Source: Minisyncoccota bacterium
Lineage (GTDB): Bacteria > Patescibacteriota > Minisyncoccia > UBA6257 > 2-01-FULL-56-20
NCBI GenBank assembly: GCA_031291905.1
Contig: JARLIC010000137.1
Location: 51,762 to 115,761, forward strand
DNA length: 64,000 nucleotides
Direction of reading: 5' to 3'
Shown: positions 27,961 to 36,998 of the stretch, piece by piece
Numbering within the stretch: the first letter of the stretch is position 1
Layout of the letters: each line of letters begins with the position of its first letter
Position numbers and translations under genes: made by a program
The notes under the pieces: model-generated
Seen by the model: only the letters and a program-made list of their open reading frames with translations
Told to the model about the DNA's origin: nothing
Database searches by the model: none

Positions 27961-28506
27961 CTACGTATGAAGCACATGGAACGGCTTGCGGACGCCGGCG
28001 CTATGGGCTTCGGCCGCTTCCAGCGACAACAGGATCGCCTTCTCTGGAGACTTGAACCCGTCCGACCGCTTCACTGCGTAGAGGCAACCGAGTGCGATGT
28101 CTTGCCCGCAACCCACGGCGTCATATCGATCCAGCGATTCGCCTACCTGGAAATCCGAATCGATCCTGAACAGCCTTCCTTGGAATCCGACGAGGAAGGT
28201 TCCCGCCGATTCCTGGCCCCTGTCGACGCTGAGATGGCCGGCGGATCGAAACCGTTCCCTTACGGCGTCAACGAATCGAGTCACCATGTACTCGTAAACG
28301 TCGTCGCCTTGATGTAGCTTCGGTGGCGTGAATCCGTAGCGAAGGATCTGGCCCATCCGAAACGATGATGTGAAACCGAACAGCATATCGCCGTTCAGGA
28401 ACACTTTCTCGTCGGACCTGACGGTCAGAGACAAGCCGCCGACTGCGGCACTGTCTCCACCGACATAGACGTCTTTGCCGTAAACCAGTCCGGCTATACA
28501 GGTCAA
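27961..28506 (-). CDS. HslV/proteasome-like Ntn hydrolase (Thr peptidase)
   Basis: N-terminal (M)TCIAGL...GGDSAA...KVF and AVGCGQDIALG. Confidence 0.8.
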   Translation of the reverse strand: MTCIAGLVYGKDVYVGGDSAAVGGLSLTVRSDEKVFLNGDMLFGFTSSFRMGQILRYGFTPPKLHQGDDVYEYMVTRFVDAVRERFRSAGHLSVDRGQESAGTFLVGFQGRLFRIDSDFQVGESLDRYDAVGCGQDIALGCLYAVKRSDGFKSPEKAILLSLEAAEAHSAGVRKPFHVLHT

Positions 28507-28528
28507 ACGCGACTCCTGATTGGCATAG

Positions 28529-28762
28529 TTAGACCAGCGGCTTCCGGTCCTCGGACCTCTTGACGAGATAAAAGTCTTCAGTCAAGAGTTCCAACAACTT
28601 GTCGCCGTGCTCGTTTCTTGGGATCGACTCGACCGTGACATGAACGACGTCGTCGTGTTTAGAATCGATGGTGATACGCCGGACAGGAACAGTGATCCCG
28701 AGTGCTTGGGCAAGTTCCTTAAGAAACAAGGCCGGTGCGAATAAACTGGTGACGTTGCTCAT
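28529..28762 (-). CDS. Hypothetical protein
   Basis: Short ORF with RBS. Confidence 0.55.
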   Translation of the reverse strand: MSNVTSLFAPALFLKELAQALGITVPVRRITIDSKHDDVVHVTVESIPRNEHGDKLLELLTEDFYLVKRSEDRKPLV

Positions 28763-28780
28763 TCAGTCCCTTTTGAGAAA

Positions 28781-29587
28781 TCAAGGAGCGACAATGAACT
28801 CTTCGCCGTCATCGCCAAGACGATACGTCAGGTGACAATGGCAATTTTGTCGGCACTGGCGATCGCCAATACTCCTGAGACTTCCGATCGGAACGAAGCC
28901 TCTCGCGGAGTCTTCCAGGCAGTCCCCGCAGTGTTCGGCTTCTCCAAGGACCAAGCGTTCCTGATCGAACACCATGTTCCTGGCGTACGTCGCTCGGGCG
29001 ATCTCTTGCGAGCAGCCCCAGGCGCAGGCACCGTAGGATTCGGCTCGGGCGATGAATTGATTAGCCGTGATCGGTGCGGGGAAGATGAAGACTTCCAGCG
29101 TCTTGTCCGGATTGAAGGGCTGGGGCCGAAGCATGTCGGCCTGGAAGCGATCGAGGTAGGCGTCTTGCGTTACGGCCTGGCGTTCGGCCTGCTGGAGTTC
29201 ATCACTGGTCAAGGCTCGCGGGCCGAGCAAGCCCATCGCACCGGCGACGATCGATTCGCGGACGAAGCCTTTTATCCGTTTGAAGAACCGGCCCGCTTGT
29301 TCACGTAGAGACCGCCCAACTTGCTCATCTTCGGCTGGGCCGAGAAGACTCCGGCCTTCGTTCCAGTCGAGCTGGCTCCTTGCGAACTGCTGGGCTTCAT
29401 GCTTAATCCACGCTTTGGAAAAAGCACGAATGGCTTCGAGAAGGCGAAGACGCTCATGCCCATCGAGTTGCCCCTTGTTGTAGCGTGCGGTCCAGCCGAG
29501 CTTTTTGAGGACGTGTGCGAGGATCGCTTCGGCCGAAGCCGGCTTGTTCGTCAGCCGCTTGCTTCCGAGGGAAGGTCCACGGACCAC
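28781..29587 (-). CDS. Minor head morphogenesis protein (MuF/gp7-like)
   Basis: Follows the portal; C-terminal EHCGDC...CRQNCHC motif. Confidence 0.7.
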   Translation of the reverse strand: MVRGPSLGSKRLTNKPASAEAILAHVLKKLGWTARYNKGQLDGHERLRLLEAIRAFSKAWIKHEAQQFARSQLDWNEGRSLLGPAEDEQVGRSLREQAGRFFKRIKGFVRESIVAGAMGLLGPRALTSDELQQAERQAVTQDAYLDRFQADMLRPQPFNPDKTLEVFIFPAPITANQFIARAESYGACAWGCSQEIARATYARNMVFDQERLVLGEAEHCGDCLEDSARGFVPIGSLRSIGDRQCRQNCHCHLTYRLGDDGEEFIVAP

Positions 29588-31209
29588 GGCAGGTGATCGA
29601 AAGGGTCGCGATCCTCACCCTCCGCTAATCCTTCGACTCCATGAAGCTCCGCATCCTCTTGATCGAGGCCGCCATAAGCACCGCGAAGGCCGTCAGTCCC
29701 GCCATGCTCAAGACTTCGATTGCGGCTTGCATTGGGCTTCTTCTTCTTGTCGTCGCCGCCCTTGGCTTTCGGCTTCTTCTTCACGTCCTTGTTGTTGACG
29801 GCCGGGTTCCCGCCGCCTTCGGCCATTCCGATCGCACCGGCGGTGGCCATCTTGATTGTAGCTTCATTCATCTTAACAATCATCGACAGCGGCGACATGG
29901 TGTTCGGAAGAATCGGCTCGTCCCCCCACGGCACCGGAGGGAGGCCGGTTTCGGCGTTCCTCTGGTTGATCGTGATGCTTCCGTTCCTCAGATCCATGTC
30001 GAATATCTTGGTTTCTTGCTCGCGATCGACCTTGAGCGGGTTGTCGAAAGCGAAGAACAGCCGCCGGTCCCATTGCTGGATCACCCGCGTCAACTTGCTT
30101 GCGATCGACATGCACCGGGGGCTGATCGCCTGCTCGGCGTGCATCTCCTTGGCGGCCTGGAGGTTCGCCAGGTTCGTGTCGGTGGAGAAGAACTCTATCG
30201 GCGTGCCCATCGCGGCGCACATCGCCTGCCAGTCGTACTCGGCGATCTTCAGGCCCGAGAGGTCGGTCGGCGCATAGGTCGTCGGCTGGAAGTTCCACAT
30301 CCCGGTCGTGACCAGGATGCCGCCCTGGCGAGAGCGGGCGTGCTTCATGTTCAGTTCTTGCTCGAACTTCAGCCGCTCGGCGTCGCCGGGCATCGCGTTC
30401 GCGTCGGCGGGCGATGCGATCAGGTTGGGACGAGGCCCTTGCGCCAGGAGTTGCTCCTGGACCGACACGAACTTGTCTTCGAGCTTGGCGTACTCGTAAG
30501 CGGCGTAGAGCGGCGGGTACGACGCTCCGTAAGGGTCTTTCAGGCTCACGCCGTGACCGAAGTAGACGATCTCGTCGGGCTCCAGTCGACTGGCGAAATA
30601 CTGGTAGTGCGACGGAATCGGGGTTCCGGCTGCGCGGACCGGGAGGACGTACTGGCTGAACAGCGGCCAGAATTCCGTGTACGGCCTGCCTTCCGGCCCC
30701 TTGGGGGCGAAGTAAGCACGGCCGATGATGTCGCTGTAGAGCGAGATCATTTTGAGGATGTAGACGAGATCGAACATCCCGTACGGATCGGGATTGTTGA
30801 GCGTGTGGAGAAACGGATGCTCGCGAATCTCTCGAATATTCGCGACGTTCGTTCCATTGCTGGGGACGTACCCCGCGTTCCGCATGTGGCAGAACTGCCG
30901 AAGCGAAACCTCTCGCGGGTCGGAGATGTCCTTCGGCTTCTTGCCGTTCGTCGAGTCCATGTACAACTTGAGCGGAACGGAACTGACGGCGTTCGCGTTG
31001 ATGACGGCACAACTGTAGGCGATCGACTTGAAGTGCTCGATCAACTCGACCGGCGAAGGGGCCGGCTTGGACCGCCACGCGTCCGTGGTCGACGGGCCGC
31101 CGATCCACCCGGTGCCGAGAGAGAATCCCCCAGGGGGTCCAGAGGAGCCTTTACGCTCGACACTGAACGCCGATGCGTCGGCCTGGAGTCTTTCGAGGAA
31201 GCTTGCCAA
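29551..31209 (-). CDS. Portal protein (HK97 family)
   Basis: AYSCAVINANAVSSVPLKLY, HPFLHTLNNP, GRAY, DPYG...PL, AAMGTP, ITINQR...GLPPVPWGDEP. Confidence 0.92.
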   Translation of the reverse strand: MASFLERLQADASAFSVERKGSSGPPGGFSLGTGWIGGPSTTDAWRSKPAPSPVELIEHFKSIAYSCAVINANAVSSVPLKLYMDSTNGKKPKDISDPREVSLRQFCHMRNAGYVPSNGTNVANIREIREHPFLHTLNNPDPYGMFDLVYILKMISLYSDIIGRAYFAPKGPEGRPYTEFWPLFSQYVLPVRAAGTPIPSHYQYFASRLEPDEIVYFGHGVSLKDPYGASYPPLYAAYEYAKLEDKFVSVQEQLLAQGPRPNLIASPADANAMPGDAERLKFEQELNMKHARSRQGGILVTTGMWNFQPTTYAPTDLSGLKIAEYDWQAMCAAMGTPIEFFSTDTNLANLQAAKEMHAEQAISPRCMSIASKLTRVIQQWDRRLFFAFDNPLKVDREQETKIFDMDLRNGSITINQRNAETGLPPVPWGDEPILPNTMSPLSMIVKMNEATIKMATAGAIGMAEGGGNPAVNNKDVKKKPKAKGGDDKKKKPNASRNRSLEHGGTDGLRGAYGGLDQEDAELHGVEGLAEGEDRDPFDHLPWSVDLPSEASG

Positions 31210-31224
31210 GTTTGATTGTCGCCG

Positions 31225-31494
31225 CTAAAGAACCCGGTCAAGGAACCAGGCTGGATAAACGTCTTCGAGTTCCGATCGCCACAAGAGGCCGTCTCGGATG
31301 TCCTGTTTCCACATCTTGACGGTGACGTTCATCCACCGAGCACCGACCGCGAATCCGTTGGGCCTTCGGTCGGCGAACAAGCCGAACTGGAGGTCGCCCT
31401 TGCCCGTAGTCTCAAACAAGTACATCTCTTCAGCGGCTTCGCCGGAGAAATCCAGGCCGTCCTCTTTGGCGAACATCCTGTAAATCTCAGACAT
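31225..31494 (-). CDS. Hypothetical protein
   Basis: ORF between TerL and portal. Confidence 0.55.
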   Translation of the reverse strand: MSEIYRMFAKEDGLDFSGEAAEEMYLFETTGKGDLQFGLFADRRPNGFAVGARWMNVTVKMWKQDIRDGLLWRSELEDVYPAWFLDRVL

Positions 31495-31584
31495 GGCGAG
31501 CCACTTCTTGCTGATCTTCAGCCTGCTTTTCGCACTGACATAGACAACCTCGCAATTTGATTAGCCGACCGAGAGGGGAGTGGT

Positions 31585-31827
31585 TCAGGCAGGCCCAACA
31601 GGTCCGCCCAACGGCGGCGGCGGGTAGACGATCGGCGGGTTTGGCCCGGGGAAAGGTCCGGGGCTCGGCTCTGGTGCCGGAGTTGGTTCGCTCGGCGGAT
31701 TGCTCGGTGGCCGTGGAACGGTCGGGTCCGACACGATCACGGGCGGCATCACAACGCGTCCGGGGCTGATTCGCGGTTCAAGCGGCATTGCACCGCAGCA
31801 GCCGCACAGGCTGGGTATGAATCGCAT
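31585..31827 (-). CDS. Small Pro-rich protein with an N-terminal CGCC motif
   Basis: MRFIPSLCGCCG followed by a Pro-rich tail. Confidence 0.55.
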   Translation of the reverse strand: MRFIPSLCGCCGAMPLEPRISPGRVVMPPVIVSDPTVPRPPSNPPSEPTPAPEPSPGPFPGPNPPIVYPPPPLGGPVGPA

Positions 31828-31867
31828 ATGGTTGATCCGTGGGAGTGGATCGGAGGGAGAGATGAAG

Positions 31868-31970
31868 TGACGCGCCTTGGAATCGAACCAAGGTGGGCCA
31901 TCTACTGACGACCCCAGCCGCCAACAGCCCCGCTAAAAGGAGCGAAGCCTAACGTTGGTTGTCCGCGTCA
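31868..31970 (-). ncRNA. tRNA-like structured RNA (acceptor stem plus T-arm, non-canonical core)
   Basis: 5' TGACGCG pairs with 3' CGCGTCA; CCTTGG-TTCGATT-CCAAGG T-arm; two internal hairpins; no recognisable D-arm or anticodon arm. Confidence 0.55.
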
Positions 31971-31982
31971 ACTGATTCACGA

Positions 31983-32156
31983 TTATCGTGATACAAGAAA
32001 GATCAGCATGGCGGTAATGTTGGTGACAAGGCATACCGCCCCGATCGAGATCCTGAACTTTCGTGCTTCGGTGATGCCATCTTGTTTAATGAAATTCAAG
32101 GCGAACAAGTTGATAACAAGCCACGCCAGCCACGCTCAAGCCAAGTGGATCGCCAT
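31983..32156 (-). pseudogene. Small two-TM membrane protein gene interrupted by an in-frame TGA
   Basis: AAAGGA RBS; MAIHLA*AWLAWLVINLFALNF...IGAVCLVTNITAMLIFLVSR. Confidence 0.45.
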
Positions 32157-32295
32157 CTAGTTCCTTTGTTCTACAATAAGGCTGTGAATCAGATTTCCTT
32201 AATACAGCAATTCCCGATTTTGAATAATAAGTTTCTAGGGACACCGTACGCTTTGGTCGATAGATCCACGGCGTATTCCTCTGCGCGAATTCCTT

Positions 32296-32559
32296 TCAGA
32301 TCTTCGGGCGAGTGCTCGATCGGCGTGAAGTGCCAAGCGGCGTCTCCCGCACGTCCATCAGCACCGACGTATCGGCCAGCCTGTCCCGGTTCCGACTCAT
32401 CGATTCGCCGTTCCAACGCCTATCCCCCTGGAAAATGCCGTAGCGACGCCTGACATCGACGACCTCGGCCATGCATCGCGGGCACACTTCGTCGTCAGCC
32501 GCGCAACCGCAGTCGCTGCAATAATCTTCACAGACATCGGCGTCGTCGTTGATCATCAA
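32296..32559 (-). CDS. Small zinc-finger-like protein
   Basis: CSDC...CPRC; coupled to the upstream gene. Confidence 0.5.
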   Translation of the reverse strand: MMINDDADVCEDYCSDCGCAADDEVCPRCMAEVVDVRRRYGIFQGDRRWNGESMSRNRDRLADTSVLMDVRETPLGTSRRSSTRPKI

Positions 32560-32822
32560 TCACGTCGTCCATAAAAACGCTGGTTCAGGGCGGCGATCGT
32601 TTCCTCGCCGCTCCAGTGCAGCCAGAGCAGAGCCCGATAGAGCCTGAGGCCGACCCAACTGGCGCCCATGATGGGAATCGAAAGCACGCCCATGAAAACC
32701 TTGAAGAGAAAATCGGACCACCCCATGACGGCGGGTCCGGCAAGCCTCTCCAGCATGACTTCCGTCTTCGTCGGGCGATCGATCACGGCTTGCCCCTCGG
32801 TTTCGTTCTCGTCTTGCAGCAC
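32556..32822 (-). CDS. Hypothetical membrane protein
   Basis: Hydrophobic stretch FLFKVFMGVLSIPIMGASWV. Confidence 0.55.
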   Translation of the reverse strand: MLQDENETEGQAVIDRPTKTEVMLERLAGPAVMGWSDFLFKVFMGVLSIPIMGASWVGLRLYRALLWLHWSGEETIAALNQRFYGRRD

Positions 32823-32886
32823 AGCAAGATAAATTCATTGCTACGATGGCAAGACTATCATCTTGCGAAGCAGAACGCAAGTCAGA

Positions 32887-33318
32887 TTAGGCGCCGACTT
32901 CGGTCCAGCGTTCGTCGTCCCAATCGCTCGTCATCGCCTCGTAGGTTCCGTCGTGCTGGGCCGGCGGCGGCGGCTGGATATTGTGCTTGGCCCCGTAGAT
33001 CGCCATCGCACGAACGACGAGCGGCGGCGGATTGCCGGTGGTCGCGGTCAGCGTGTCCCACCACTGGTGCGGGCCGTCTCCCTCGATCGCGACCTGGCGG
33101 CAGAAGTCGCACCGGAGGGCGGCCAGATCGTAGCGTCGCAGGAGTCGGGTTGATCGCTGTGTCGACCGGGTGCAGCGAGGGCAGGGGGGGCCGTCGTGCT
33201 TGATCACGACCTGGACTTCATCGTCCGGCACGTCGGCTTCGACGGCTTCAATAATGGCGTCTTCGGCATCGCGGGGCTTCGGGGGACGGCCGCGACGTTT
33301 GGTCTCGATCGTGCTCAT
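32887..33318 (-). CDS. AT-hook plus zinc-ribbon protein
   Basis: KRRGRPPK, CPRC...CDFC; coupled to the TerL stop. Confidence 0.6.
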   Translation of the reverse strand: MSTIETKRRGRPPKPRDAEDAIIEAVEADVPDDEVQVVIKHDGPPCPRCTRSTQRSTRLLRRYDLAALRCDFCRQVAIEGDGPHQWWDTLTATTGNPPPLVVRAMAIYGAKHNIQPPPPAQHDGTYEAMTSDWDDERWTEVGA

Positions 33319-35864
33319 GCTACCTCTATGTCCGTGTCATGCCACGAGTCGGGCCACCAGCGGGGGTCTTGCCAATCTTGCTGGGCGGCTCGATCTTTTT
33401 CGATCTTCTCCAGCCACGCCCGCTCCAGCCGTTCGCGTTCCATGCGTTCGCGTTCTTCGGGGGGGATGGCGGCTGGGCCACGCTTCTGGACTTCAAGAGA
33501 GGCGTAGGCGAGCACGTCGACTGTGTCGTCGTGGGCACCGTTAGGAAAGGTCATCAACTCGGTTTCGAGGTTGTCGAGTTCCGGGTGATGCTTGGGAAAC
33601 CAAATCTGACCGGCTTCCATGCGTATCTGGGCGTCTACGCTTCGGGCTATTTTATCGACGTTCCCGGTCTTGAGCGACTGGATCGTCAAGCCTTGCTTTC
33701 GAGCCGCTTTAATGACTAGGTTTTGCGCTGCAACATCTTCGATTCCACAATACGACGCCTTGTGCTTGTCCATCATCGCACGAATAGACGGGACGAGCTT
33801 ATCGCCGGTCATCTGTTCGCGATGCATGTCAAGAAGAATCAGGTCGCTGTCCGGCGTCACAGCCCACGCGCCGATGCATGTGTAGTCCGCACTGGTTCTT
33901 GTAGAAAATGCGAGGTCTACCGCCAGGAAAATTCGGCAGTGATCGAGGCTGAATGATCGTGTTTCAAGCCTGATGTAGTTTTCGTGCCGATCATAGTATT
34001 TGAAATCTGATCGCCGAAATAATCCACCACCCTCGGGGGAGGGGCGTTGCTGATACACAGAATTAAAAAGATGTTTTTGGGTTGCTTTGACACGAAGCAG
34101 GTATTCTTCGTTGAAGTGCTCGGGCCAGAGGGCTTCGCCTCGCTTGCGTCCCATCGGATCGTTATCTTCGGCCAAAGCCGGAAGATTATAGACGACCCAT
34201 TCCTCGCCCGTCTCTTTCGCTCGATCCAGGATCTTGCCGACCATGTCGGCTTCATGCCACCTCTGCATGACGACGACGATCGACCCACCGGGCTCAAGCC
34301 GCGTGTACGCGGTTCCGACGTACCAGTTCCAAGCCTTCTCGCGAAGCGTCTCGCTGAACGCATCCTCTTGCTTCTGGACGTCGTCAAGCACAAGTAGGTG
34401 CGCTCCCTTCCCGAGCAACGCGCCCCCCATGCCGACGGTCTGCATTCCGCCGCTGTGGCCCTTGAGCATCCAGCGATCGGCGGCCTTGCTATCCTGGCGG
34501 ATCTTGACTCCGAAGTATTTCTCGCCGTCCTCTTCGATCAGGTCGCGTACCTTGCGTCCCCACTCGGAAGCGAACTCAGCCTCATACGACGCCAGGATCA
34601 CTTTCTTGTCCGGGTTCCTCCCCAGATACCACGCCGGGAAGTACATCGACGTCATTGTGCTATTGCACGTCGGAATCATCGAGCGGCCACACAAAAACAT
34701 GTGGCTCGGTGAGTCGACTTCGATGCAAACAGTGTCGCCGGTTCCGACGTACGTGGCGCCGATGTATCGGTTCGGCTGCTTAACGCCGTCGCGACATCGC
34801 GGCGACTTCCGAGGCGACTTGCAGGCCCCTGCTTTATAGAACATGACGCGGAATTTGGGTCCGCAATCTTTTCCATAAAGCGTAGCTCTTCCAAGTATCA
34901 GGCTCGCCTTGGTTCCGAGTGAACGAACGAGTTCAAGGCAGCCTTCAGCCAATGCTAGGTCTGTCGAGCAAAACTCGACCTGGCCATCCGGAGCGACATG
35001 GCCATCCGTGTCGCAAAGCCCACGAAGCAACTCAAACCTTTGGCTCTCGCTCGCTCGCAGGTATTGGTTCGGGACATGCTTGTTCTTCAGCAGGCCGAGT
35101 TCGCGAAGCTTTCCGCCAAGGCCCATGACCCCAAATACGTTTTCGACCGACCGATCTCTCGTCTCGTAGCCGAGCCGCGAAAGTTCTTCCTTGAACCACT
35201 CAGTATCCAGGCCGTTGCACGTGATGCCGCAGTTCTCGGAGCAGCCGTTTCCAAGCCAAACACCGAGGACGTACGGGTCGATCGGCAAGTCGGCATCGGG
35301 AAGCTGAAGTGCCCCCTGCTTGCGGACCATAAGCCTCTTGTTTCGAGGCTTCGAGAGATAGGCGGTGTCTTTGACGTGGAATATATCGCGAGTCTTCGCC
35401 TTGCTGACGACCCACTCGTGATTTTGGTCGGCGAAGATTTCATCGCCGTCGTCGGTTGTTACTCGGTAGATCGGGCGGTTCTTCCAGACGGGAGACTTTG
35501 CCACAACGTTACAGGGCTGACCGTCTTCATTAAAGACCTGATCGCCCGGCTTCAGTTCCCCTATCGTCGTCCAGCCGGAAGGCGTCGGGATCGGGGTGCT
35601 CAGGGCTAAGGCTTTCCCGTGCCTCGGTGGCACCGTCACAATTAATCGTTTGATCCGGCCCTCCGCCACATCCATCATCTTCTGCGTCAAGAAGAGAAGA
35701 TGTTTCGCCGGCTTCCACTGAAATTCGCTCGAAAGATGTGCATAGTGCGCGGGGCTCAGGTTCGCTATATGCTTCTCTAGGCTGAATCGCTCCTGCGAGT
35801 TGAGTGAGGCCGCCAAGGAGCGTAAGGACTCGATCTGTTGCGGCGTCTCCATTGAGGTGATCAA
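33315..35864 (-). CDS. terL: Terminase large subunit, intein-containing
   Basis: Walker A PPRHGK|S split by the intein; Walker B LLVLDD; MQRWH coupling motif; nuclease AVDLA, ADYT, HDDTVD. Confidence 0.95.
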   Translation of the reverse strand: MITSMETPQQIESLRSLAASLNSQERFSLEKHIANLSPAHYAHLSSEFQWKPAKHLLFLTQKMMDVAEGRIKRLIVTVPPRHGKALALSTPIPTPSGWTTIGELKPGDQVFNEDGQPCNVVAKSPVWKNRPIYRVTTDDGDEIFADQNHEWVVSKAKTRDIFHVKDTAYLSKPRNKRLMVRKQGALQLPDADLPIDPYVLGVWLGNGCSENCGITCNGLDTEWFKEELSRLGYETRDRSVENVFGVMGLGGKLRELGLLKNKHVPNQYLRASESQRFELLRGLCDTDGHVAPDGQVEFCSTDLALAEGCLELVRSLGTKASLILGRATLYGKDCGPKFRVMFYKAGACKSPRKSPRCRDGVKQPNRYIGATYVGTGDTVCIEVDSPSHMFLCGRSMIPTCNSTMTSMYFPAWYLGRNPDKKVILASYEAEFASEWGRKVRDLIEEDGEKYFGVKIRQDSKAADRWMLKGHSGGMQTVGMGGALLGKGAHLLVLDDVQKQEDAFSETLREKAWNWYVGTAYTRLEPGGSIVVVMQRWHEADMVGKILDRAKETGEEWVVYNLPALAEDNDPMGRKRGEALWPEHFNEEYLLRVKATQKHLFNSVYQQRPSPEGGGLFRRSDFKYYDRHENYIRLETRSFSLDHCRIFLAVDLAFSTRTSADYTCIGAWAVTPDSDLILLDMHREQMTGDKLVPSIRAMMDKHKASYCGIEDVAAQNLVIKAARKQGLTIQSLKTGNVDKIARSVDAQIRMEAGQIWFPKHHPELDNLETELMTFPNGAHDDTVDVLAYASLEVQKRGPAAIPPEERERMERERLERAWLEKIEKDRAAQQDWQDPRWWPDSWHDTDIEVA
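34662..35612 (-). mobile_element. Class 3 intein with LAGLIDADG homing endonuclease (317 aa)
   Basis: Starts ALALSTPIPTPSGW; block B DQNHEW; PYVLGVWLGNG and LLRGLCDTDG; block F TVCIEV; ends IPTCN before +1 Ser. Confidence 0.9.
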
Positions 35865-36345
35865 TCTCGATCCTCTGCACGAACATCCCGTGGTACTTGG
35901 CGAGTTTGTCCATCGCCTCGGCCGCGTCGTGGAACTTGACCTCGATCGCGCCGCTCGGGTGGATCTTGAGATCCTTGATCAGGTTGCCCTTCTTGAGCTT
36001 CTTGACCTTCTTCAGGTCCAGCACAGGCTTCTCGATCGGCTCGCCGCTGGAGTCGAGCTTGACGTTGCCTCTGGCGTCCACGTCTTCAACGAACTCGACG
36101 AACTCCATCACGTCCAGTGAGGCGATCGTCGACAGTCGTGCCAGAACCTCGGCGACCGGCATCGCCCCGGATTCTTCGAGCTTCTGTTCGAGGTATCCGC
36201 TGATCACCCTGCTTTTGAGTAGTTGAAAGGCGGCCGACTCAGGATTCGCGTACCCCGCCATCTTCGCGGCTTTGACCGCGTTGTCTTTGGCGTCGCCAAG
36301 GTAGTAGTGGACGAACAGACGTTGGCGGTGGTTGAGCGTCGACAT
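35530..36345 (-). CDS. terS: Terminase small subunit
   Basis: LNHRQRLFVHYYL...NAVKAAKMAGY...AFQLLK, EVLARLSTIA, DAAEAMDKLAKYHGMF. Confidence 0.9.
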   Translation of the reverse strand: MSTLNHRQRLFVHYYLGDAKDNAVKAAKMAGYANPESAAFQLLKSRVISGYLEQKLEESGAMPVAEVLARLSTIASLDVMEFVEFVEDVDARGNVKLDSSGEPIEKPVLDLKKVKKLKKGNLIKDLKIHPSGAIEVKFHDAAEAMDKLAKYHGMFVQRIEIDHLNGDAATDRVLTLLGGLTQLAGAIQPREAYSEPEPRALCTSFERISVEAGETSSLLDAEDDGCGGGPDQTINCDGATEARESLSPEHPDPDAFRLDDDRGTEAGRSGL

Positions 36346-36352
36346 GGGCGGT

Positions 36353-36577
36353 TCAGCGGGAGTGCGTGGGGAGCAGGATGTGGCCTACCAGGGTTCCCAA
36401 AGCGAAAACCGCCACGACGAACGTCACGGGGTAATCGGCGAACAGGCGAGCGGCGACCCGAGAATACGTGGCGTGAACGCCGAACGTCTTCATCAGCCAA
36501 ACGTCGGACGCGATGATGAACAACGCGACCGCGACCATCAGGGCCAACGTCAGCCATTGCCGTTGAACATCGTCCAT
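36353..36577 (-). CDS. Small two-TM membrane protein (holin candidate)
   Basis: 74 aa with two hydrophobic segments. Confidence 0.5.
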   Translation of the reverse strand: MDDVQRQWLTLALMVAVALFIIASDVWLMKTFGVHATYSRVAARLFADYPVTFVVAVFALGTLVGHILLPTHSR

Positions 36578-36593
36578 CGCGTCGCCCCGCGAA

Positions 36594-36998
36594 TCAAAGC
36601 GTGATATTGATGATGTCCGGCAGGTTGCATTTCTTACCGGGGTCGGCCGGAACGGGGCAGACGTGCATCGCCAGCCGCTTCTTGAGCAGTTCGTAATTTC
36701 CGGTGACTTCCGACAATCTCAGGTCCGTGGCGACGATCTTGTCATTGGCGAGTTTGAGCTTTCCAAGGCAGTCGTCGACTTCAGCCTCCGACTTGTCGAG
36801 CCGCTTAAGGATCGTCTCGAATCGCTGATCGTTCGCCGCACGGTAGATCGCCCACCCGAGGCCCACCACGCCCAACGCCGCGCCGATGGCGATCGGAAAG
36901 AAATCGTCCTGAGCCGCCGCCCATGACACGGACGCGATCGAGGCGAGTACGCCCGTAACCAATGCGTTTCCGCTCGAAACACCGTGCAACATGATCAT
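36594..36998 (-). CDS. Membrane protein with a coiled-coil C-terminus (lysis-associated candidate)
   Basis: TM segment IAIGAALGVVGLGWAIY followed by a heptad region. Confidence 0.55.
   Translation of the reverse strand: MIMLHGVSSGNALVTGVLASIASVSWAAAQDDFFPIAIGAALGVVGLGWAIYRAANDQRFETILKRLDKSEAEVDDCLGKLKLANDKIVATDLRLSEVTGNYELLKKRLAMHVCPVPADPGKKCNLPDIINITL

Noticed and set aside
29641-31215. 524-aa plus-strand ORF
   Set aside because: Antisense shadow of the portal gene.
31868-31970. Canonical or suppressor tRNA
   Set aside because: No D-arm, no 7-nt anticodon loop and no CCA; kept only as tRNA-like.
32136-32138. Genome-wide TGA recoding
   Set aside because: TGA is the normal stop of many well-defined genes here, including ATGA overlaps.
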